From positions 6,510,001 to 6,574,000 of the forward strand of contig NEEC01000002.1 in assembly GCA_002189035.1 (NCBI GenBank): DNA of 64,000 nt, given 5' to 3'. The notes under the pieces are model-generated. The model had not been told where the DNA came from, ran no database searches, and saw nothing but the letters and a program-made list of their open reading frames with translations. Numbering within the stretch: the stretch's first letter is position 1; every line of letters begins with the position of its first letter. Source of the stretch: Utricularia gibba. Its lineage: Eukaryota > Plantae > Magnoliophyta. The translations under genes were made by a program, and so were the position numbers. Below are positions 24,838-35,560 of the stretch, piece after piece.

Positions 24838-27116
24838 TTCTTCCCTGTATGCTGTATTTTTTGAGCTAGAATTGAAAAGATCAATGGGTGTGCTCAAAAT
24901 GGTACCGTTCATACCTGCAGGCTATTCTGAGAAGCTATGGCAGTTATATTCTGCAGCATAAAGTAGCTTGGTTTCTATTGGGGAAGAGAAGCTCCTCTGC
25001 TACGGATCTTTATCTAAACTGGTTCTGGTGGCATAAGGTTTTATATCCAAATATTCATCAGGTGTGAAGGGTAGGACACAATGGGGAATGGAATCTCCCG
25101 AGGTCCTAAAAGGACATCAGATTCAATCCAATCTTCATGACAGCTCAAGAAGGTATCTTGTTCTTCAAATTTCTTTGGTGTGTGGGCCGGCTGGCCAGCA
25201 TCTTTCGACTTGCTTTTCCTGTTCTCCGCCATCACCATGACTCATCTCAGTATCAGTAACTTGGATAAGCCAATGCCGCGCATTGGGTGCACGAATCGAA
25301 TCCCTTTCCTTTTCTCTCCTCAGGAACCATATGCGCAGCGCAGGATGAATAATCAATCCCCTCTGGTTTCCTACAAAAGGTTCACTGTCCTTTCTCCATG
25401 CTTCCTTTGCTCTTGTTTGCTTTCCAAAGGAAGATTCTGTTGACTGAAGCATCAAGTTACCCAAAAGCAAAAGGTTAGTTTTGCAACTTTTTCACCTTTT
25501 TTTCTCCACACAACAATGTGACCAACACCAAAGCATCAGCAGCATCATCATCATCATCTTACACACTGCATTCTCCTGGTTTCAATAACTACCCTAACCT
25601 TTTCACTGCCTCTTTAACAGCAAACATTGTAAGAAGGTGGGGCATCCTAGAAGCAAGAGGCGCAGGCATGACAAGGGAGAAAGCATATTCTTCGCTTCAT
25701 TTGGAGGCCAAGAATACAAAAAATAGCACAAGGAATCCACCCACCCATCTGTGACGCAAGTTTGGAACCCATACTGCCTTCACAAAGCAGGAGTTTCAGG
25801 CCCCACTGAGAATTCCCACAACAGGATTTCTGTGTTTTCACCAGATGATCAATCAGATCTTCCTGTGAATTCACAGCCATCGGAACCCGATCCTGAAACC
25901 CTGTTCGTGCATTCCCCGTCAGATACATATGTTTTCGCATCTAAAACGTCAAATGATTCTAAAGCAGAATACCTCCTTAGCTGCTGTACTTCTCTCACCA
26001 AGTTTTTGAAGGATTCCCCGAGCTTTTCTGTAAAGGAATCCATGGCTGCTTTGATGAACTAAACCCCAACTACTAATATCTGTTTATGGATAATTTTAGT
26101 ATATTAATAATAAACCAAAATTGATAATTTATATGAATTATTTATATATAGATACATATGATTATATAATTAAAATTAAAATCATGTTTAATATGCATAT
26201 TTGACAAATAAATGTTTAAAATATCTGAAACAATTAAATTTTGTTTGATTAATAAGACTCAAGTGGAATAAGAATTTTGAAAAAAAAAACATGATTTTTA
26301 ATCATTATTTTATAAAATCACGTAGATATCTTCTACCAAACAAATGTAGTTTTTAATACATGAAACCTACAAAATGCGACATTAATGTTTTTAAAAGCAA
26401 AAACGCATTTTTTAAAAAATTATCCCTAAAATATATTTATTAATGTAAAATAAATATTAGAGACAAATCAAATCAGGAAAGGGCCCACCCTAAAATGCAA
26501 ATTGACAATCATGTCTTTATCTGGTATACATTACCATCAATTTGTTACATATTAGGTGGACACTTTTTTCATATACTTAGAAGAGTATGTCCATATTTTT
26601 AATATATATTTTTGTCTTTTGTTTTTTTTTCAAAGAAAATTAATAAACTACGAACCAAAATAATAATAATTAGACTAGAAATATATTTTGAGACATTAAA
26701 GATTAATATAAAATAAAAATACGAATAATTAGTACCTGTTTTAGATCAGTTGGAAGTGTCTTCAATATAGGAATTCGAGAAGCTTCCAAATATGATACTG
26801 TTTTGTGCAAGAACAAGACAACAAAGGAAACTGGGTCAAGAGCATGCAAGAAAATAGATTAAAATATTGTATTATTTATTTTACATGGAAATTTAATTAA
26901 ATCCAGAACGTGTGCTTCAATTATTATTTGAATATTTGAAATATATATACATATATGGCCACAGTGGAAAGGGTAAAACGGTAAAAACGCAGCGTTGGTA
27001 TTGCATGCCGGCGTGAACCGTGAAAAGGCAAAAGAGGAAGATGCGAGGGTGGTATAATATTCCAATCAACCACGTCATATGATTCCGACAGAGGGCCGAT
27101 CACATCTCCACCGTTG

Positions 27117-27818
27117 CTAAGGGAATCGCTTCGCCGCGCCCGAGGTTGGAGACGCCGTGCTCTGATTTTTTTTCCCTTTGACAGTTTCTTTCGGCTGGAA
27201 TGGCTCCTCCGCCACCGCCGTCTTCACGCTCCCGGGACGATTCTGAAGCGTGTTGTTTTTGAACCTCAGGATTTTGAGTAGGACAGAGAAAAAGTGAGGT
27301 TTCTCCTTGGGGAAGGTTTCTGGTTTTTCGGTCGGTTTTTCTTTTCTTTTCCCGGAATTCGATTTTTTGCCGCCGCGCTTCTTCGACCGGACTCTCCCGA
27401 TGCAGGAAACCAACGGAGAACCCGGTTCGGAAACCACCGGTTTTATAGGCGTCTTCGTTTCTGTTCCCTTCGTGCACGTGGATTTCTTACCCTGTTTGGA
27501 ATTCCTCCGTTTGGAATGCAAGAACGGCGCCTTTTGGGTTTTGGGCAATCCAATTATAGACGCCTTAGACCTCAAATTGACTGAAAATCGCCGGCGGTTG
27601 GATCCCAAACCGCTCCCGCCGGCACCCCTGCAAATATTGCCCCTCGTGGAATCGTTTCTCCCAAGGAAGGCGTTCCGATCAAACCAGTCGTATTCCTCGT
27701 CTCTCGATAACCAGAAAGACTCCGGCGGGAAACTGGGGTCGAGATCACAGACGTCGCCTTCCCTCGCGTCGCCAACGGAGATGACGGATTCCACCGACTG
27801 AGTGCCGTCGCCAGACAT
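27117..27818 (-). CDS. Uncharacterized plant-specific basic protein, single exon
   Basis: 233-aa ATG-initiated ORF with blocks typical of a conserved plant family (PPESFWLSRDEEYDWFDRNAF, RFSVNLRSKASIIGLPKTQK, EPGSPLVSCIGRVRS). Family name is not recalled with confidence. Confidence 0.75.
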   Translation of the reverse strand: MSGDGTQSVESVISVGDAREGDVCDLDPSFPPESFWLSRDEEYDWFDRNAFLGRNDSTRGNICRGAGGSGLGSNRRRFSVNLRSKASIIGLPKTQKAPFLHSKRRNSKQGKKSTCTKGTETKTPIKPVVSEPGSPLVSCIGRVRSKKRGGKKSNSGKRKEKPTEKPETFPKEKPHFFSVLLKILRFKNNTLQNRPGSVKTAVAEEPFQPKETVKGKKNQSTASPTSGAAKRFP

Positions 27819-28204
27819 GCTGTGGAGGTCGAAAAATCAACACTGGGCTGCTGAACCTGCCATTGAATTTCGTGGCATTAAATCAATCCAATAATAAAAT
27901 AATACCCTAATGAGTCATGACAATTCCATCCATTACACCAGTTGGGAAACTTCATTTCAATAAATCCAATCTAAATAAAAATTTAAATTTTTTTATAATA
28001 CTTTAAATTTTTAAAAAATAATTAATTTTTTGAATAATTAAACTCATAATGAGAAATTTTAAATAAATCGAGCTGAATAAAAATAAATAAATGCAGAAAT
28101 TGTACATAAACGTTGTGATGAACAAACATGACTGTAATATTGCACTGGAGCGGGCGCATTTGCGGTAAAGACCAGCTCCCCTGAAATCCTTCCTTCCAAG
28201 GGAA

Positions 28205-29722
28205 CTAGCTGCTGATACAACTAAGCGAGCTATTGTGCTCCGGTTCGTTTTCCGGCATGTTTTGACCGTCCACGGCGGTTCCCTCCTCCGTCGTGGCCGG
28301 AGAATTTACAGGGTCACAAGGGATGGGAGCTACAGTTTCGTCACTGGGAATGCTCATCGCACATGTGGATACTTGCTTGTCATTACAGGCTTCAGCAGTC
28401 GCAGCTTCCTCGCTATTGCCATCGATTTCGCATGTGGGATGATGATCTTGGAGGGAGGAGGCTTCCCTTTCTCTGATGGTTTTCATGATGAGTGTCTTGA
28501 GAAAGTTCATCACTTGGACAGCGTGCATGAACGCGGTGACAGGATCAGACATCTGCAAGTTTGCATCAGTTTTGTGTAATGAAGACGCCATTGGAAAGGG
28601 TGGTTCAGGCAGCTCACCTTGGTCATATTGGGGGCGAAAACCATGGCGATGTTGTGTCCATTCATCTTGTTCAGATGCTCGAATTGGACGACGTCGGCCA
28701 TTAGATCAACTGCCCAGTTCAGCAAGGCGGCTTCTGTTTGAGGGAGAAGGTTCACGAGATGCTGGCATTCGGCTTCTGAGTGCGCCCTCATCATCTTCTC
28801 CAATGGGAGCGAGTCTAATACGCCATTGGGGAGCTCTCTGAACCATGCCTGGAAATGGAGTACAAGATCATGATGGGAAGCAATTTATAGTGATCAAAAC
28901 ATCAGCGCAGACACTGAAAGAGAGACCTTGATCAGGGCTGCTAAACAGTGAACATCAATGTTTACAGGGATTGTCCCCTGATTCAGCTGCTCCCGGGCTT
29001 GCTCTTGTTGGCTGTTTTCAGGGTTGATTCTGAAAATCCCTTCGGACTGAAATGGAGCAGAATGTCTCAGACTGTGCAGAAAGAAGAAGCCCAAAGCTCA
29101 ACAACATGTTCACCTTCAACCCATTCTGTGAATACAAGCTTTTCTGCATCATCAGCAGAAGGGTGGGCACACAGTTCCCTTTGGAATCGAATGAAAGCTG
29201 CATAGACTCTGTGGAAACTCCAAAAACTCTGGTACTGAAACGAAGAAGAAGAAGAAGATTCTCATACGCCCAGAAAAGAAAAACTCCACACAAACAAGAA
29301 GAATAAATGTACCTTGCACTGGGAGGCTTGCTGGGAATCTCAGGAAAAAGCTCAACAGGGAGTCCAAGAAATCCATTAAACCGATCAAATGTAACATGTG
29401 CAACATGTTTAACATCTGTAGGCCACCCGATTTCCATCATCTGTTCTTCAACCCCAGAATTCCCACGCCCTGGGCTACTACATCCAACCAAAGACTTCCT
29501 CAATACAGCAAGTAAAACTGCCAAAACATCCCCTTCCTCTGTCTCCTCATGCTCTGTTACTACACCTATTTTTCTCTGAGAACGACGCCGTCTGTGGAGT
29601 GGAGCCCGGAAAACAGGATCAGCTTTGAGAAACGTTTGCTGGTGGCGGTGATTCTCATCGTCCGTGGTACACGAAGCAGGATCGCAAGAAGGTGTGAAAT
29701 GGAGAATCTCCGTCATTCTCAT
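28205..29722 (-). CDS. ROPGAP: Rho/ROP GTPase-activating protein with CRIB domain (RopGAP); 5 exons
   Basis: Exons 29722(or 29716)-29313, 29234-29114, 29046-28927, 28848-28618, 28552-28205. CRIB MEIGWPTDVKHVAHVTFDRFNGFLGLP; EGIFRIN arginine finger; IKAWFRELP; NKM.GHNIAMVFAPNMT. Confidence 0.95.
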
Positions 29723-31443
29723 CTGGGTTTCGGAAAAACGGCGTCTTTTTCGTTCCGGAATCCTTCAATCAGTAAATGCACCACAGGTGAGAAATAAACA
29801 AACTCTGAACCGGTGGCAGGCGATGGGGAAAGAGAAGGCGTTCAGGGTTTTAAGTACGAGTCGGGTTGCATCCCTAGGAAATGGGTTAGCAGAAACAACC
29901 GTACACATACCATGCAAACTCTTGTTCCGCGAATACATGAAGCAGGTGTTGCTGCAGCAATTTAAAGCAAAGCTCGATCACAGACAGGGTTTACATTACA
30001 TGCTGTAGTTTGCACATTCATTCACCACAGAGACTCAATTCTACTCCATGCATTTACTTTTCCAGAAAGCTGTGTGTACTCTGCTTTATTTGACTTCAAT
30101 GTCATTTACTTTTCTTCTTGGAACCCTTGACAGGTTATGGATACACCAATAATGGGAGATGTTCTGCAACTTTCCCTTCCCTTTTTCACTGAGGGAACTA
30201 CCAGTAGGAGTAGGAGTAGCAGCAGAGGGAGAAGCTCTGGAAATGCATCTCTCCCCTCCCCTGTAAAAATCTTGCATTTAGGTTTTACCTACATTCCAGA
30301 AAAATAAATAAAAATAATTTTAATTATATATATATATATACATACTATTTTTTTTTAGAACATGCCAAAACCAAGGTATCAGACACCCAACCCCCATAGG
30401 TATGAGTAGACCAACTGGATGATGATTTTAGTTAGGGTTTGAGCTTGAATATGATAAGAGAAAATATGTGATGGAGCAGGGTAAGTTTAATACAATATTT
30501 GAAATTAAAGTATTCAAATGTATAATAAATTTAAAATTATTAGTAATCGATTGAATCTAATATTTTTTCAATATAATTTTTATCTAGTTGGAGCTAATTT
30601 CAACAACGATAACACAACATGATGATGGATGGAGAGCAGAGCGTTTGGTTGGGCGAAGTTTTGAATGTCAAAGGTGGCTAATATTTATGGTGGGGTTGAA
30701 TGTGCGCGCCCCCCTTCGCCTAAATAAGCCACCAATCAGGCCGCCCCATGGGGACACCACTTTAAATGTCGCACCGCACGTAAATTAATAATTATTGCAA
30801 TGGTACACCTTCACATAATATCAATTCATTAATTAATCTTTTTTTTAAAAAAAGAATCTGAAATTTTTAATTGGTTGGGATTTTAAAACGGGTTTCGATG
30901 TATTATTCCAATTATTATGGATTTTGATTGAGGTGGATTGAATGGGATTGATTCATTTTTCATTATCTTTATTATAAAATTTCAAATATTGAGAAAATTA
31001 AAAATTATTATTTTAGTAAGGCTTCCAGATTCCTAGTTTTTTTTCTATTCAAATTGTTCGATCAAATTCAATAATGAGGAAATGAGATGAAAAAAAAATT
31101 GTTTTTTAAAATTTGACGTATCAATATAATTAGTTTACAAATTTTTATATTTTAAACGTTTTTAATTTTTAGTTATTTGAATATTACACGTAATTAATGC
31201 TTATTAATTAATAAATTAAACACGATTAATTGTAATTATTTTTATGAAAATTTTTAAATTATTGAGAGTTACTAATGTCAATTATTTCAAATCTTAAAAA
31301 TGGAATAAATTTTGAATTGCATTGTTCCAACAACAAATCATCAAATGGGCTGGATATTGGGCTTTGGGGAAGCCCAATAAACAAATTTGTTTACCGAATC
31401 CGAATGATAAATCCGCTGCAGAAGAGTGGCGAATGGAACAGCG

Positions 31444-33563
31444 TCAAACTGACAAGGTTGCGGAGTCCGGAGTGCCGTCGCACCTTTGGCCGTGGCCCAG
31501 CATCGCCGTCATCTTGGCGGCGACTTCCTGCATCTGCTCCCTCGTGTGGAGCGGAGAAGGGTACACTAACATGCAGTCGAGTTTGCCATCGCGGACGGTG
31601 TCGAAAACTGCGATAGACGGGCCAATTCCGTGGGTGGAGGCGCATCCCATGTAATCCTCGACGCCGACTCGCTGCCTCATATCGCCGGAATTGTCGATCA
31701 CGGGGTCCTCAAACACGGATACCAGAGAGCTCCGGAGAGAGGATGACGGGGTGAGACCTGGGTTGTCGATGGCTCTGGCCATGAGAAAGTTGAGGTCTGC
31801 CATGTCTGTGATGTGTTTGTTAGAAGTCCTGGACTGGGAGAAGTTTGAATAGCAGCTTGCTGCTAGTTCCCACAGTGTTTCACTCCCTTTAACTGTGTGC
31901 ACATTTAGGATTGCTGAGTGGTAGAATCCTGCAGAAGCAAAACTCCGTCAACTCACGGTTCTGATCACCACGAAATATACTTACAGTGTTTTCTTACCAA
32001 AGTGATGAGGGGATAGGGGAGGCTGGAGATAAGATCTGCTATCAATGAGAGTCACAACCCCGTACTTCTTCTTTCCCTTCTTTGTTGAATGAACAGCTAG
32101 TAAGGCAGCAGCAGAGAGGGCTGCACACAGTTTGATTCCTCTGTTTTTGCACCCCTGCAACGAAGTTTCTACATTAGATCCGCATCTCTCAAAACTTTTT
32201 GGATACGATAGGAGGGTGATGGTGCATTCAGACCTCTGAATCTATTTTACAAGTTTCAAGGTTTAAAGAAACTTTTCATTCTGTGAATAGTAACCAGCTG
32301 CCAAACTTGATGTCTTCTGGTTATTCTGTTTTACATATTTAACATTTATGACTTGTTACAGACACATTCAATGAAGGAAAGTTACCACGGTGAAAAGCAG
32401 GTAGTGACCACAAGCTACTCTTCCTCCTCCCACATGGACATGGGCTGGCTATCTGTAAATGTCGGGAAGGTGAAACATTCTCTCTTTAACCCCACATTCA
32501 TTCCTTGAAGCAAGATTGCTCAAGGATACTTTAGGTGTTCGCTGATCATCTACCCTGAAAACCCTTCATCCCTGCCATTATTTTTTACATTCGGACTGGT
32601 TTCTTTTGTGCTTCTCTGAACTCATTCAGTGCATTTGTGGGATGACAGAAAAGGAACTACCGGGAGGGTGGCCAAGGTGTGTGATCCTAAAACCTAAGTG
32701 GGAATGTGGTGAATTCGTTTTATAAGCTACAGTGACAACTGATACGCGCGCAGAGAAGGCAGAGGACTTACCGTGAGAATCTGTGAGGTGATGTCTTGGT
32801 CTAGTTGCAACCTCATGACCTCGGACTTTCTAGGAGATTTCCAGTTAATGAACTCCATGTTTGTAAGCCTTAAAGAGCATAGAGAATACCCAAGAAGATC
32901 TCTTCCATGAGCCCAGATGTTTTTCTTGGTTAATAGACAAGGGATTAAGCTCTCCAACGCCGCCTTCCCCTCGCTGGAGTTACTTATCTCCGTAGCCGGA
33001 GCACCCTCCTCCGTCATCGCATCTAGGTCTAGCATCTCTAAAAGAAGTGAAACAGCAGTGGTCCGGTCACATACACAGGTGTGTAGCCGCAACACCGCGA
33101 CGGAGTGCGTATCAGAAACCGCATAAACGGCGGCGAAAGCGACATCCACCCCGCTGCATGGGAAGGCATCTGGATCTACCCATGTTTTCCCATTGTTGAT
33201 CTCATGCTCCAGGATCTTGTGAAGTGGGGAGATTTCACTAGACTTGTTACTTTCGAGTATTTGCAGCGTCTCCGCCGCGTCGTGAACGGTGATCTCCGAT
33301 AACGGCGCGGCGGTGGACTTGATGAACTTAAAGGCTTTCCCGGAGGCGTCGTAATGCAGCTTGCATCCCAGAAGCGGGTGAGCTTCCTGCAACATGGTCA
33401 GCGTCTTCTTGAACTGACATTGGGAGGCGTCCGATACCGGCCTCGCCACCATCAGAGCAAGCACCGTGATACCAGTCCCAGACGTCACGGCGCGGCACCA
33501 GTTGTGCTCGGTGGTTCCAAGAACTCGTGAGTAGTCACCGGAGTTCTGATCCGCAACCGCCAT
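31444..33563 (-). CDS. Condensation-domain / CoA-dependent acyltransferase-like protein (At3g52610-like); 3 exons (33563-32772, 32154-31998, 31928-31444)
   Basis: RVLGTTEHNWCRAVTSGTGITVLAL, LRLHTCVCDRTTA, GFYHSAILN, HITDMADLNFLM, GCASTHGIGPSIAVFDTVRDGKLDC..VYPSPLH; junctions are in phase. Fold assignment is recalled, not computed. Confidence 0.85.
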
Positions 33564-35560
33564 TTCCCAGCCGGCACAACAAAAACACACTGGCTACTGT
33601 TTCCTACTGCTTCCTTCCACCACTTCATATAGCAAAGCTTTTCATCATGACATGAAAAAGTTAAACTTTTACAAAACCCAAAAAAAAAAATACATTTTTT
33701 ATTAGTTTCACAGTACAAACTCAAAGAAAAACCTTTTTTTTTTTTAACAAAAAAGCAGCTTGAAAGGACTCTCCCTCCCTCTGAACCATCGCCATCGATA
33801 TAAATTCGAGGTAGCTTTGGCCTTTGTGGTAGTGGGAAATTCGCAGTGAAACCCATCCACCATTTGACTCCTGACATGGAGAAATGAATGTGTTCCGGGC
33901 AGGTAAATCGTCGCGAACGCCGTCCTACCGAACGGAGGAGGGAAACGACGAAGTGGGTAGTTATCGGGAAAGAGCCACATGCTTTGGAAAAGCTCCGAAA
34001 GACGACGACATCCCTCCCAGTCCCTGCTCTGGTGTGTCTGGTTTTGGTCTCAGTAAAAAGAAGAAGACAGTGAAGGTTCACATGCGGTGGGCCAACGCCG
34101 CTGCGGGAGCAAATGAATTGTACTGAGTGGGTCGTCAAAGGAATATAAGGATGTGTGGTTTTCAAGGTCTCCATCAATGGACTGGGAGGGAGGGAGGAAG
34201 AAGACTCCCACCCCAATATAAAAGCGATCCATTCCAGACATCATTTTTCACCCATTTTTAGATTCACATTTTTATTTTTTTATAATAATAATAATAATCT
34301 ATGTTTTTCATGATACACATAACATTTTTTTAATAATGTCATGCGACTTGCCACATTTGGAAAGCCACTTATCTCCTTTACATAGTGGATTTTAGTTTCA
34401 AAAATAGCTTATTTCCAAATATCTGTCCAATTATAATATTTGAAAATCACTTCAATTCTATCATAAGTTTGAACTAAATACTTTTTCATTAAGGGAATAG
34501 TACGTACGATTTCATCAATAACTTATACATAATTCATAAATAGAAGTTATTGTATAAATAGATGTAGAATAAATAGAATCAATTTATTTAAAATTAAGTA
34601 ACTTACTTATTGAATAAGTCACATTTTACCAATTTTTGTAATAATTTGATAAAGTAGTTAAAATTGATATAAATTAATAATAAGTAAAAATAGAAATTAA
34701 GTTATAAAATAAATAGAAATATTTTGTAAAACACTTAATTTTACTATTACTTTAGGTTATAAATTGTAAATTAAGTCACAAAAACTACTACCTAAGTTCG
34801 TGGAATTAATCTATTCCCATATCATATTTTCGTCAAATGGAATACTTTTTCTTAGTGTGAAAATATTCTCGATTTTCTTAATTTTCCGAGTCAACAATTA
34901 ATTGCACATAGACTTCCAACACATTTGAAGTTAAAGAGGCATTTTAAAAACTAGAAAACCATCCAAAACACCAGTAACATATCAAATTTGAATATGTATA
35001 TATACAATTTAATATAAAAATTCATTTTTTATATTTAAAATATTATATATATATATATATACATATTCTTATTCTATTATAGTTTTAAATTTTTTGACAA
35101 TCATGTTTTTTTTATATAAATTCTTTTTAACCCAATGCCTGTGTTGGGAGTTGGGACCAGAAAAAAAAAGTTGGAAAGAAAGGCACGTTTGTTCGAAGGT
35201 GGAAGTAAAAAGTAGAGTAGCATGATGAGTTTTGGACCACGAGGGAGGTGGGTTGAGAAGTTGGGCGCTTCTAATTCAATGTGATGGTAACATATTCCCA
35301 ACCATGGACTGGCGTTTGGTCTGCCACGTTGCTGCATCTTCTTCATGGCTGCCATCCCTGCACAGTTGGGAGAATGTTAGCAGTAGATGGATCCCTGTGT
35401 TGTTAAGTATCAGATCTGAAATTGGGTTCATCAGTTTTGTGGGGTGAAGAAGAATAACAAAACATGTGTGTCAAAGGCTGCACTACAATCCAATAGTGGA
35501 AGGTTGGAGCCATTGGTTTTTCATTGAAGGAGGGTTCTTCTGAACTGTTGCAGGTGTCCC

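Noticed and set aside
27100-27120. Possible premature stop in the unknown 233-aa protein (KRFP*QRW)
   Set aside because: The C-terminus of this family is variable and I cannot establish the expected length without an alignment.
33485-34216. 243-aa minus-strand ORF
   Set aside because: Runs through low-complexity T tracts, overlaps the real CDS out of frame, and has no recognizable homology.
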